Shown one piece after another: positions 46,523-56,223 of a stretch of 64,000 nt of DNA. The position numbers and the translations under genes were made by a program. How positions within the stretch are numbered: position 1 is the stretch's first letter; each line of letters opens with the position of its first letter. The DNA is from Candidatus Latescibacterota bacterium (GTDB taxonomy: Bacteria; Latescibacterota; UBA2968; UBA8231): the NCBI GenBank assembly GCA_965203175.1, contig OZ241867.1, forward strand, positions 5,536,001 through 5,600,000, read 5' to 3'. The notes under the pieces are model-generated. The model searched no databases, was not told where the DNA came from, and was given only the letters and a program-made list of their open reading frames with translations.

Positions 46523-47767
46523 ATGCAATTCATCCAACGCCTTCGCATGGGCGGCTTGCTGTCGTTTCCTCCAGATATGGACTTCTTTGAATTGCAACCA
46601 TTGAACGTCCTTATCGGTCCGAACGCCTCGGGAAAAACGAACTTCATCGAAGTATTGGAACTCCTGCGTGCCACACCGACGGACTTCGCTGCCGCAATCC
46701 GAGACGGGGGTGGGGCACAGGAGTGGACGTGGAAAGGCGATTATACCAAGCATATGATTGAAGAAGTAATGAGGGGCAGAGATCCGGAAGATGTATTGAA
46801 CTTGTCTCCCAAGGCCTCGACCATAGAAGTCGAAATCAGTCGAGGTCAGAGAATCGTCCAACCATTAAAATATCGTCTGTCGTTTACCGCTATCAGCTCC
46901 CGAGTCAATATCATAGCCGAGTCCATCGAGAAGGTGAATACCCGGCAGGGGGACAAGCCGTACTTCTACTACACATTCCAACAAGGGCTCCCGGCGATCA
47001 ACATTCGAGTACGGAGACCAGGGGGACGGACCGAGGAATTACCGTTGCAATCTGACGAACTCTCCCTGGATCAATCCGTCCTTGCGCAGCGCAAGGATCG
47101 GGATCTCTATCCGGCACTCTATCAACTCGGGTGGCAGTTCCTGTTAATACAGACGTTCCGCGAGTGGACGTTTGGTCGTTACAGTGCGCTGCGACAACCG
47201 CAACGCGTCGATCTTCCGGAGAAACGGTTACTCCCCGACTCCAGCAATCTTGCGCTGGTACTCAATCAGATCGAGCATAAGTCTGGACCGACACTCAATG
47301 AACATCTGAGGCGCTTCTTTCCCCGATTTGAGCGCATATCTACTGTAATCTCAGGTGGCACCGTGCAGTTCTACCTGCACGAACCCGGCTTCCGTGCGCC
47401 AATTCCCCCAACCCGGCTATCTGATGGCACCATCCGATTTATCGCGCTGCTGGCGACTCTGCTGGCCCCGGAGCCGCCGTCGCTGGTTTGCATAGAAGAG
47501 CCAGAACTCGGATTGCATCCCGACGCAGTGGCGCTACTGGCCGACCTGCTCGTTGAAGCCTCCCAACGGATGCAGCTCGTGGTCACGACGCATTCCGACG
47601 CCCTTGTGTCGGCGCTGACCAATCAGCCGGCCGCCATCGTCACCTGCGAACGACCAGGAGCCAGCACCGTGTTGCGCCGCCTTGATCCCGAAAAGCTCGC
47701 TAGTTGGCTAGACGACTATCGACTCGGAGACCTGTGGCGGATGGGCGAGCTTGGAGCCAACCCTTGA
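46523..47767 (+). CDS. Predicted ABC-type AAA_21 ATPase (COG4637-like)
   Basis: Walker A GPNASGKT; signature LSDGT; Walker B IEEPELGLHP; VTTHS; C-terminal LGDLW..GELG. Confidence 0.88.
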   Translation: MQFIQRLRMGGLLSFPPDMDFFELQPLNVLIGPNASGKTNFIEVLELLRATPTDFAAAIRDGGGAQEWTWKGDYTKHMIEEVMRGRDPEDVLNLSPKASTIEVEISRGQRIVQPLKYRLSFTAISSRVNIIAESIEKVNTRQGDKPYFYYTFQQGLPAINIRVRRPGGRTEELPLQSDELSLDQSVLAQRKDRDLYPALYQLGWQFLLIQTFREWTFGRYSALRQPQRVDLPEKRLLPDSSNLALVLNQIEHKSGPTLNEHLRRFFPRFERISTVISGGTVQFYLHEPGFRAPIPPTRLSDGTIRFIALLATLLAPEPPSLVCIEEPELGLHPDAVALLADLLVEASQRMQLVVTTHSDALVSALTNQPAAIVTCERPGASTVLRRLDPEKLASWLDDYRLGDLWRMGELGANP

Positions 47768-48378
47768 GCAGTATCGCCATCTACATGGAAGGTGGAGGGG
47801 ACGGCAAAGAAAATCGAGCTGCTCTTCGCCAAGGGATGGACACGTTTCTTCAGCCGCTTAAGGAAGCTGCCAGAAATAAGGCGTTACCTTGGAAGTTGGT
47901 CTGTTGTGGGCCACGCAACGAGGCGTTCAAACACTTTATAGATGCCGTCAACAGCAGTGCCGATGTGGTGAATGTCTTGCTGGTGGATGCAGAAGGGCCG
48001 GTGAACCAGTCGGCCCGAGACCACCTGCAAGATCGGGAGGGATGGGATCTGAGATTTATCGAAGAACACACCGTTCACCTCATGGTGCAAACGATGGAAG
48101 CCTGGATTGTCGCTGACTCAGAGACCCTGAAAAGCTACTACGGGCAAGGCTTCAGGGCGAAGCAACTGCCAAGGTCGAAGAACCTTGAAAGTGTGCCCAA
48201 GACTGACGTTGAAAGCTCCCTAAGTGAGGCGACGAAGGACACGCAGAAGAAGAGCTACCACAAAATCAGGCACGCAGGCGATTTGCTGAAACGGATTGAT
48301 GCAGGGAAGGTGAAGGCGCGGTGCGCTCACTGCCGACGGTTGTTTGAAGCACTTGGGGAGATAGTCGATTCGGTCTGA
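47764..48378 (+). CDS. DUF4276 family (TOPRIM-like) protein
   Basis: IYMEGGG, LLVDAE, HLMVQTMEAWIVAD, YHKIRH; TTGA overlap with the ATPase stop. Confidence 0.8.
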   Translation: MSSIAIYMEGGGDGKENRAALRQGMDTFLQPLKEAARNKALPWKLVCCGPRNEAFKHFIDAVNSSADVVNVLLVDAEGPVNQSARDHLQDREGWDLRFIEEHTVHLMVQTMEAWIVADSETLKSYYGQGFRAKQLPRSKNLESVPKTDVESSLSEATKDTQKKSYHKIRHAGDLLKRIDAGKVKARCAHCRRLFEALGEIVDSV

Positions 48379-48468
48379 TATAAGGAATCGGGGCGACGAT
48401 CTTCGCTTGATCTCGGCCCAACCAGCCACGCCATGTGAAATGACTTTCCGTGAACGGTAGTGAATGCA

Positions 48469-48702
48469 CTACCTGTGAATGAGACAGTCTTTTAGATATG
48501 ATGCCCACTTGAGCTTTTTCTTTGTCTGTACGCAATCCTGTAGATACAGATCAATCAAGCTCTGGTATGGAATACCCGTCTCATCCGCCAAATCCTTAAA
48601 ATACGCAATCACATCCGTCCCCAAACGAAGTGTAACCTGCTTCTTAAGATGCTTTTCATAGGGATTCCGGACGGACTTCGAGAAATCGTATTCTTTCCTC
48701 AT
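48469..48702 (-). CDS. brnA: BrnA-family antitoxin
   Basis: MRKEYDFSKSVRNPY...KKQVTLRL..DVIAYFK......GIPYQSLI.LYL.DC. Confidence 0.88.
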   Translation of the reverse strand: MRKEYDFSKSVRNPYEKHLKKQVTLRLGTDVIAYFKDLADETGIPYQSLIDLYLQDCVQTKKKLKWASYLKDCLIHR

Positions 48703-48776
48703 CACATGAACCTTTCGTGTTGTCGCTGTTCGTTCCTGTTGGCCTTTCGAGCTAAAATAATCTTGATCACTGCATC
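48702..48776 (-). pseudogene. brnT: C-terminal remnant of BrnT toxin
   Basis: Reads DAVIKIILARKANRNEQRQHERFM-stop, matching the BrnT C-terminal 'VIRIISARKA..E..Y' motif. Its TGA overlaps the brnA ATG (TGATG). The 5' part is replaced by the end of the pfkB gene. Confidence 0.75.
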
Positions 48777-49645
48777 TAAATTTTACCCCCCTCCAAGCGC
48801 AACGTCGCCGCGTCGATAAAACCACCCTCCACTTGGCGAGCAGCCAACGCAGCCGCACGCTGAGCAGCCGTAGCAATCCCCACCCCTCGGTGCAGCCGAT
48901 GCGCCAAATACGCGGCGAAAAACACGTCTCCAGCCCCCGTTGGATCGGCGACCGTCTCCACCGGAGCCGACGTAAATTTCGTCCGCTGCCCTTCCCGACT
49001 GGCGACCCAGCCGCCGTGCGAGCCTTCGGTGACGACCCACTCTGCTACCGAGCAATCGCGCATCAACTGGTCCAGCGTCAGACCCCAATCGGCGAGTACG
49101 AGTTCTAATTCATCGTTGGAAGTTTTGACGTAGTCCGCGCATTGCAGAGCGGCATACAGACTTTTAGCAATCCCCTGGTACACCTGCGTCCCCTCAATCT
49201 GCCGCGCATAGCCTTGGATGTCCAAGCTCACCACGCCGTCCATCGCCGTCAGCACATCCTCGGCCAGATCACGCGGATGCAGCGGCCCCAAATGCACGTG
49301 CTCCACGCCGGCGAGTACCGGCCCGAGTTGGGCTGCGGCAATCGGCGCGGCGCAAGCGAGCAACTCCTGACGCCGTGCGTCGCCATCGACGTAGTTGACA
49401 AAACAGGTCGTCGCCGCGCTCTCGCCCATATAGACTGCAATACCCCGTTGCTGCAACACCGCCAGCATCGCCCGGTCGGCCGCGGCGACGTTGGTCAACA
49501 CCCGTGTCTCCACGCCCAACTCGGCAAAGGTCAGTCCAGCGTACGCGACTACTCCCCCGCGCTTGTACGCGCTCGTGCCGCCTTGCACCACGCGGTCAAT
49601 CGTCGCCGAACCAATGACTGCCACCGCACCCATATCAGACTTCAT
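48776..49645 (-). CDS. PfkB-family carbohydrate/nucleoside kinase
   Basis: IGSATID, GG..AY, VTEGSHG, DPTGAGDVF. Confidence 0.88.
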   Translation of the reverse strand: MKSDMGAVAVIGSATIDRVVQGGTSAYKRGGVVAYAGLTFAELGVETRVLTNVAAADRAMLAVLQQRGIAVYMGESAATTCFVNYVDGDARRQELLACAAPIAAAQLGPVLAGVEHVHLGPLHPRDLAEDVLTAMDGVVSLDIQGYARQIEGTQVYQGIAKSLYAALQCADYVKTSNDELELVLADWGLTLDQLMRDCSVAEWVVTEGSHGGWVASREGQRTKFTSAPVETVADPTGAGDVFFAAYLAHRLHRGVGIATAAQRAAALAARQVEGGFIDAATLRLEGGKI

Positions 49646-49789
49646 CAGATCGGCGGCTCAAAAGAGCACATCGAGCTATAATCCACTGTGTCGTCATAGT
49701 GCGCGACCGCGACAAGAGATTTACTCACCTCGGGTCGATGTTTATTTTTATAGTCCATGCTATCGCGCACCAGAGTAAAGGAGCTTTCC

Positions 49790-50521
49790 ATGCCCTCTCG
49801 ACGCCAGCCCGACGGCCGCCCCGAATGGCGCAGTGTTGACGAAATGTTGGCCCAAGCCATAGCGGGCGAGGATTTTGCCACGCTGCCCGGCAAAGGGCAA
49901 CCCCTCGATCTGAGCGCTTACTTTGCCAGCGGCCCCGAACACCGCATCGCCGGCAAACTGCTCAAGGACAACGCGGTTTTACCCCAAACTTTACAGGACC
50001 GCCGCGACGCCGAACAGCTCTGCATCCAAGCCAGCCAAACACTGGCGACGCAAAAGAAATACCTGTCGGCCTTAAAGGACAAAATTTGTGCCCAAGCCCC
50101 GGCCCTGTGCCGCTTCTTTCCCGACCGCCCAACCGCATTGGCCGCCCTCGGCCTACCGACTTGGCCCGAATATTTCTCCGAACCAGAGAATGCGCCCTTG
50201 CCCGCTCGTCGCGTCTTGCTCGACGGTGCTAAACGCCTAGCCGAACTCGTCACCGCCTACAATCGCCGCATCGAAGTCGCCATCGCCGAATACTTAGACT
50301 CTCTGCGCCAAGCCAATACTTGCGTCGAGCGGCTCAACCAACAAGTGGCCTTCTCGCGGCACTTGCCCGCCGGCTTACAGCTTAAGGCCGCAGACCTCAC
50401 CGAGGCCGAAGCCCAAGTGCGCACGTCACTTCCACCCCTGACACCCTTGCCCGCCGATATAGTCCAGCGGTTAGGCCAGTATCACAAAGCGACCCGTCCC
50501 TCGCTCTGGCGGCGGCTCTAA
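49790..50521 (+). CDS. DUF1992 (DnaJ-related DNAJC28-like) domain protein
   Basis: A...EDF..LPGKGQPLDL...IAGKLLKD..VLP; ATG follows AAGGAG. Confidence 0.75.
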   Translation: MPSRRQPDGRPEWRSVDEMLAQAIAGEDFATLPGKGQPLDLSAYFASGPEHRIAGKLLKDNAVLPQTLQDRRDAEQLCIQASQTLATQKKYLSALKDKICAQAPALCRFFPDRPTALAALGLPTWPEYFSEPENAPLPARRVLLDGAKRLAELVTAYNRRIEVAIAEYLDSLRQANTCVERLNQQVAFSRHLPAGLQLKAADLTEAEAQVRTSLPPLTPLPADIVQRLGQYHKATRPSLWRRL

Positions 50522-51333
50522 AAAAACAGCCGTATAGCCGTCGCTCCCAACACCTGCTCCTGCTCCGCCGCGCTCAGTCCTAGCTCTTCGGTAAACACCG
50601 CCAAGTGCTGGGCATAGGTCGTGTTTTCCAACCAGTGCTCGCACGGAAAATCCGATCCCCAGACACAGCGCTCGGGACCAAAGGCCGCAAGCAAATGGCG
50701 CAGTTGCGGGTGCGTATCGGCGAATGGGTACTCCTGATCCGAACTGGTCACCGCAAAGGTGAGTTTGGCGTGGAGTTGGTCAAAGCGCGCCAAATCCGCC
50801 GCTTGGCGCACCGCTGCGTCCTCGATCCCGTTAGCTCCTACCGGATAGGCGCAGTGGTCCAGCACCACCGGAACGTGGGGAAATCGCTCTAGCAAAGCGG
50901 CCAACTCGCCGAGTTGTTCCCGGCGCAAATGGGCGCAGATTACCGCGCCCACTTCCCCGGCCCGACGCCAGAGCCGCTCTGCTCCAGGCTGGTCGTACCC
51001 CGTAGGTGCGGCTTCGAGGCGGAGTCCCTTGACGTTGTATCCAGTCACCAGCCGCTCCAGTTCGTCCGGGCTATCGTCCCCAGCCGAGTCCAAAGTGCAG
51101 ACCCCAACCGTCCAGTCGGCATTGGCCCGAGCCGTATCGGCCAACAACCGATTGTCCCAGCGATAGGCCGATCCGGTCTGGATCAGCACCACGCGCCCAA
51201 CGCCGTTGGATTGGGCCTCGCGCCGCAAGTGGTCGATAGTCCCCACACCCGGCGACGGCCGGAAGGGGTCTTCTATCATGGGGTATTGCGTCTCGTCTCC
51301 GTGGTAAATATGTGCGTGTGTATCGACGATCAT
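50518..51333 (-). CDS. Amidohydrolase_2 family protein (L-fuconolactonase-like)
   Basis: DTHAH, VVLDH, AFGPERCVWGSDFP. Confidence 0.88.
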   Translation of the reverse strand: MIVDTHAHIYHGDETQYPMIEDPFRPSPGVGTIDHLRREAQSNGVGRVVLIQTGSAYRWDNRLLADTARANADWTVGVCTLDSAGDDSPDELERLVTGYNVKGLRLEAAPTGYDQPGAERLWRRAGEVGAVICAHLRREQLGELAALLERFPHVPVVLDHCAYPVGANGIEDAAVRQAADLARFDQLHAKLTFAVTSSDQEYPFADTHPQLRHLLAAFGPERCVWGSDFPCEHWLENTTYAQHLAVFTEELGLSAAEQEQVLGATAIRLFF

Positions 51334-51459
51334 CGCCGGCTCCTTTCCATTGTCTATGCAACGGGAACATAAAGAACAACTGAACAGTTCAAAACTTGCC
51401 CGAATTCATACGCTAGGTATCTTTTTGTGCAACTTCTCGAAAGAACCCCTGCATAATTC

Positions 51460-52371
51460 ATGCGTTTATACCTCAAGCGGGCCTTGATCGCCTTGCTGCT
51501 TTTGGCACCGGTGTTGTACGGTGCCTTCGCCCTGACATCACACCCCGTAGAGCCACATCCCTACTTTGCATCAGGGGACGTTTTAGTCATTGCCCATCGG
51601 GGCGGCAAGGGGCTGGTACCGGAAAACACATTAGCGGCCTTTTCCCGCTCGGCCGCGTTGGGAGTCGATGTGCTAGAAATGGACTTGCGCCAAAGTAGCG
51701 ACGGCGCGCTCATTGTCCTACACGACCGGCGCGTTGACCGCACGACCAACGGCCAAGGCGCAGCCGATAGCTTGAGTCTCGCTCAATTGAAGCAGTTAGA
51801 CGCCGGCTACCACTTCAGCCCAGACGGCCAAACCTTTCCCTGGCGCGGCCAAGGAGTCACAATCCCCACCCTAGACGAGGTATTTACAGCCTTTCCCAAC
51901 ATGCGCTTTCTCATCGAAATCAAAAACGACTCCGCCGCGTTAGTAAACGACTTTTGCCGCACGATCCAGCGCTTCCAACTAAGCGATCGCGTCATCGCCG
52001 CCTCGTTCCACAGCCGTCCTTTAGAGACCTTGCGCCAGACTTGCCCCCAAGTAGCAACTTCGGCTTCTTCATCGGCGGGAATGTCCTTTATCTTTCTCCA
52101 CTGGCTGAGGCTCGACGCGGCTTATCACCCCACTAGCCAAGCCTTTCAGGTTCCGGCCCGCTTAGGCAAAATCAACCTAATAGACCAGCGCTTCATCGCC
52201 CGTGCCCACGCCCACAACGTCCAAGTCCACATCTGGACCATTAACGATCCCGATGCCATGCAGCACTACCTAGACCTAGGCGTTGATGGCCTAATCACCG
52301 ACTATCCCGACCGCCTACTACGCATCCTAAACCGCCAGCCCGCAGAGGAGACATCATGGGCGACCCAGTAG
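51460..52371 (+). CDS. Glycerophosphodiester phosphodiesterase (membrane-anchored)
   Basis: IAHRGG...PENT, EMD, HD..VDRTTNG, IEIK, WTIND, GLITDYP. Confidence 0.9.
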   Translation: MRLYLKRALIALLLLAPVLYGAFALTSHPVEPHPYFASGDVLVIAHRGGKGLVPENTLAAFSRSAALGVDVLEMDLRQSSDGALIVLHDRRVDRTTNGQGAADSLSLAQLKQLDAGYHFSPDGQTFPWRGQGVTIPTLDEVFTAFPNMRFLIEIKNDSAALVNDFCRTIQRFQLSDRVIAASFHSRPLETLRQTCPQVATSASSSAGMSFIFLHWLRLDAAYHPTSQAFQVPARLGKINLIDQRFIARAHAHNVQVHIWTINDPDAMQHYLDLGVDGLITDYPDRLLRILNRQPAEETSWATQ

Positions 52372-53045
52372 CCCTGAGCGTACAACACTTGACCAAAGCC
52401 TACGGCACAGGACCAAACGCCTTAACCGTCCTCGACGATGTGAGTTTCGCCCTCGCAGCCGGTGCCACCTGCGCAGTCGTAGGCCCCTCGGGCAGCGGCA
52501 AAACCACGCTACTCGGATTGTGCGCTGGGCTGGATCGCGCCAGTTCGGGATCGGTCGCACTCGACGGCGTGGACTTAGACGATCTCGACGAAGACCAGCG
52601 CGCGCACCTCCGCAGCGAAAAGGTCGGCTTCGTCTTCCAGACCTTCCAGCTCATCCCCACCCTCAGCGCCCTCGAAAACGCCATGGTGCCACTCGAATTG
52701 CGCCGCGAGCCAAACGTCCGCGAGCGCGCCGTTGACCTCCTCGACCGGGTCGGCTTGGGCGACCGGCTGCACCACTACCCAGCGCAGCTTTCAGGAGGAG
52801 AGCAGCAGCGTGTGGCGCTCGCACGGGCCTTTATCAACCGCCCCGCGCTCCTCTTTGCCGACGAGCCTACCGGCAACCTCGACGACGGCACCAGCGGCAA
52901 AGTGCGGGACTTGCTCTTTAGCCTCAACGAAGAATCCGGTGCCACCCTAATTCTGGTCACCCACGATCTGGCGCTGGCCCGCCTCACCCAGCGAATCATT
53001 CGCCTCCAAGGCGGCCGAGTGGCTGACGACCAGCTAGTGCCATGA
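52356..53045 (+). CDS. ybbA: ABC transporter ATP-binding protein (YbbA-like)
   Basis: GPSGSGKTT, LSGGEQQRV, ADEPTGNLD. Confidence 0.85.
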   Translation: MGDPVALSVQHLTKAYGTGPNALTVLDDVSFALAAGATCAVVGPSGSGKTTLLGLCAGLDRASSGSVALDGVDLDDLDEDQRAHLRSEKVGFVFQTFQLIPTLSALENAMVPLELRREPNVRERAVDLLDRVGLGDRLHHYPAQLSGGEQQRVALARAFINRPALLFADEPTGNLDDGTSGKVRDLLFSLNEESGATLILVTHDLALARLTQRIIRLQGGRVADDQLVP

Positions 53046-55570
53046 TGGTCTGGCTCGGCAAAATGGCCTGGCGCGACAGCCGCAGCCACCGCCGCAAACT
53101 GCTGCTTTTTACTTCTTCGATCTCCATCGGCATCGGTGCGCTCGTCGGCTTGAGCAGCCTCAGTTCCACCCTGCAAGAGGCGATGGACCAACAAGCTGCC
53201 GAGCTTTTAGGTGCCGATATGGCGCTGACGAGCCGCCAGCCCTTCACGTCCGCCACCGAGACGCTCATCGACTCGCTCGGCGGCGTTCAGGCGCGCCAGG
53301 TTGCCTTCAATTCCATGATTTACCTGCCTAAGACCCAGAGCACCCGCCTCGCCCAGATCCGCGCCCTTGATGGCCCTTTCCCTTTTTACGGCGAGCTAAA
53401 AACAGCACCGGCTGAGGCCGCCCAGAGCTTCCGCACCCAGCCTCATGCTCTCGTTGACGAGGCGCTCATGTTGCAGTTTGGCGCGGCGGTCGGCGACTCG
53501 ATCAAGATCGGCGACACGGTCTTTCTCATCGGTGGCCGACTCCTGCGCATACCCGGCGAGAACGCCCTCTTCAGCGACATCCAGCCGCGCGTCTATATCC
53601 CGATGTCCTACCTCGACGACACTCACCTGATCCAACGAGGCAGCCGCGTCACCTACACTGCTTTCTTCCGCTTTGCCGAGCGGGATGTCCAAGCAATAGC
53701 CAAGTCCATCCGCCCCCACACCCGAGGCGACCGCCTCCGGCTCGAAACCATCGAGAGACGCAAGGCGCGCCTCGGCCGTACCCTCAACAACCTCTACCGC
53801 TTCTTAAACCTCGGCAGCTTTATCGCCCTGCTGCTGGGCGGCGTGGGCGTGGCCAGCGCCATCCACACCTATACGCGGCAAAAACTGTCCACCGTCGCGG
53901 TGCTGCGCAGTCTCGGTGCCACGGCCCGTCAGACCGTCTTGATCTATCTAATCCAAGCCGGGGGCATGGGTTTAGTCGGCTCGCTCGTCGGCGCCCTGCT
54001 CGGCGTCGGGGTTCTCTACCTGCTCCCCAACATCCTCGCCGACGTGCTACCCCTCCAAGTCGAGCCGAGCTTTGATTTCCTCGCCGTCTTGGAGGGTCTC
54101 GGTCTCGGCCTCGGCCTTTCGCTGCTATTTGCCGCGCGGCCGTTGCTGGCCATTCGCAAGACCTCGCCGCTTTTGACTCTGCGTGCCTCATTTGAAGACG
54201 ACCAACCGACCGACAGCGGGTGGTTGCGCTGGGCTTTGTATGTGGGGATCGTCCTTATAACCGCGCTCTTCGCCTACCGACTCACCGACCGCTGGCCGCT
54301 GGCCATTGGCTTTGTCGGCGGGGTTGGAGTCGCCTTTGCGCTCCTAACGCTTACGGCCCGCGCAATCATCTACGGCACTCGGCGGTTCTTTCCCGCCTCT
54401 TGGAGCTATATCTGGCGTCAGGGCCTAGCCAACCTCTACCGCCCTAACAACCAGACTACGCTGCTGATGTTGGGCCTCGGGCTGGGGACTTTCCTGCTCA
54501 GCACTCTGTTCCTAACCCAGACCAACCTGCTGTCCTACATTAGAAGCGTCGGCTCCGACCAAAACCCCAACGTCGTGCTCTTCGACATCCAAACCGATCA
54601 GCGCCAAGGACTAAACGACCTCGTCGCGGGGATGGATCTGCCGTTGTTGCAACAGATGCCCATCGTCACCATGCACATCCACAGCATCAAAGGCCAACCC
54701 GCCCGCGCCATACTCCGCGATACCACCGCCAACCGACGCCGACGCGGCAATTGGGCCCTGCGGCACGAGTACCGCGCGACCTACCGCGATTCTCTCACCA
54801 ACACCGAAGAGATCGTCGCCGGCACGTGGCGCAGCCAACCTGCGGGCGACACCCTCTACGTCTCCTTGGAAACCGGCGTCGCCTCCTCCTTGGGCGTTGG
54901 CGTTGGCGACTCGCTGACCTTTGACGTCCAAGGAGTCCCTGTCGAAGTCGTCGTCGGCAGTCTGCGCCAAGTCAACTGGCAGCGCATCATGCCCAACTTT
55001 TTGGCGGTCTTCCCGCCCGGCATCCTCGAACCTGCGCCGCAATCCCACGTCCTCGTCACCCGCGCCGCCACGACCGAGCAAATGGCCGCCCTGCAGCGGG
55101 CCACCGTGCATCGATTCCCCAATGTCTCGGTCATCGATCTCGGCAGTATCCTCAGCACCGTCGATACTATTCTCGACAAGGTGTCGCTAGTAGTCCGTTT
55201 TATGGCCTTTTTCAGCGTCTCCGTTGGCCTAGTCGTGCTCGTCGGCGTGATTGCCAGCAGCCGCTACCAACGCATTGAGGAAAGCGTCTTGCTCAAGACC
55301 TTGGGGGCCAGTCGCCGCCAAGTGGTAGCAATCATGGCGCTCGAGTATCTGTTTTTGGGAGCTTTTGCTGCGGCGACGGGAGTGATCTTGTCGCTAGGGG
55401 GCGTCTGGGCCTTGAACCGCTATCTCTTCGAGATCGGCTTCGCGCCCGACTACCTGCCCGTGATCCTCGCCTTTGCGGTGGTCAGTCTGCTAACGGTCAC
55501 CGTCGGCATGATTTCCAGCCGCGGCGTCCACACTAGCCCGCCGCTCGAAGTCCTGCGCTCGCTCGGTTAG
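53042..55570 (+). CDS. ybbP: ABC transporter permease, FtsX/MacB-like (YbbP-like)
   Basis: MAWRDSR, LLGAD, FPFYG, two FtsX halves, FDIQ.DQ, LKTLGAS. Confidence 0.85.
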   Translation: MMVWLGKMAWRDSRSHRRKLLLFTSSISIGIGALVGLSSLSSTLQEAMDQQAAELLGADMALTSRQPFTSATETLIDSLGGVQARQVAFNSMIYLPKTQSTRLAQIRALDGPFPFYGELKTAPAEAAQSFRTQPHALVDEALMLQFGAAVGDSIKIGDTVFLIGGRLLRIPGENALFSDIQPRVYIPMSYLDDTHLIQRGSRVTYTAFFRFAERDVQAIAKSIRPHTRGDRLRLETIERRKARLGRTLNNLYRFLNLGSFIALLLGGVGVASAIHTYTRQKLSTVAVLRSLGATARQTVLIYLIQAGGMGLVGSLVGALLGVGVLYLLPNILADVLPLQVEPSFDFLAVLEGLGLGLGLSLLFAARPLLAIRKTSPLLTLRASFEDDQPTDSGWLRWALYVGIVLITALFAYRLTDRWPLAIGFVGGVGVAFALLTLTARAIIYGTRRFFPASWSYIWRQGLANLYRPNNQTTLLMLGLGLGTFLLSTLFLTQTNLLSYIRSVGSDQNPNVVLFDIQTDQRQGLNDLVAGMDLPLLQQMPIVTMHIHSIKGQPARAILRDTTANRRRRGNWALRHEYRATYRDSLTNTEEIVAGTWRSQPAGDTLYVSLETGVASSLGVGVGDSLTFDVQGVPVEVVVGSLRQVNWQRIMPNFLAVFPPGILEPAPQSHVLVTRAATTEQMAALQRATVHRFPNVSVIDLGSILSTVDTILDKVSLVVRFMAFFSVSVGLVVLVGVIASSRYQRIEESVLLKTLGASRRQVVAIMALEYLFLGAFAAATGVILSLGGVWALNRYLFEIGFAPDYLPVILAFAVVSLLTVTVGMISSRGVHTSPPLEVLRSLG

Positions 55571-56223
55571 CGACGCAACTCCTCCAGCACTGGCCCCAGC
55601 GTCACCCACACGGTTTCGGCGACGATCCGGTGGCCTTCGGCGTTCGGATGGTTGCCGTCGGGCAGGTTTAGCGCGGGTTGGTCGCCCACGCCTTCTAACA
55701 AAAAGGGGATCAAGGCTGCATCGTTTTTCTCTGCCAACGCCGGGAAGATCGCGGCAAACGCCTTTGTGTATTCTGCGCCCATATTGGGCGGCATTAGCAT
55801 CCCAGCGATGACCAAGGCTACTTCGGGGTTTTTTGCTTTTACCCGCTCGACGATTTGTTGCAGGTTGGCGTGGGTGTCTTTGGGGTCTATGCCGCGCAGG
55901 CCGTCGTTGGCCCCCAATTCGAGGACGAAGACATCGATGGGACGGCGCAAGAGCCAGTCAATGCGACGCAGCCCACCGGCTGAGGTCTCGCCGCCAAGCC
56001 CGGCATTAAAAACCTCGAAGTTCCAGCCGAGCGAATCGATCCGCGCCTGCACTAACGCCGGGAAGGCCTGTTCGCGGTCGAGGCCATAGCCAGCGGTCAA
56101 GCTATCGCCAAAAAAGAGAATGACGCGGCTGGAGTCCGCCTCTTCGGCATAGGCGCTACTGCTGAGTAACGCCAAGGCTAATGCGATGTATTTCACCTTG
56201 TGTGCCTTCTTAGTTTTGCCCAT
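55567..56223 (-). CDS. tesA: Arylesterase / SGNH-GDSL lipase (TesA-like)
   Basis: GDSLTAGYG, NAG.GGETSAGG, ELGANDGLRG, DGNHPN. Confidence 0.9.
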   Translation of the reverse strand: MGKTKKAHKVKYIALALALLSSSAYAEEADSSRVILFFGDSLTAGYGLDREQAFPALVQARIDSLGWNFEVFNAGLGGETSAGGLRRIDWLLRRPIDVFVLELGANDGLRGIDPKDTHANLQQIVERVKAKNPEVALVIAGMLMPPNMGAEYTKAFAAIFPALAEKNDAALIPFLLEGVGDQPALNLPDGNHPNAEGHRIVAETVWVTLGPVLEELRR

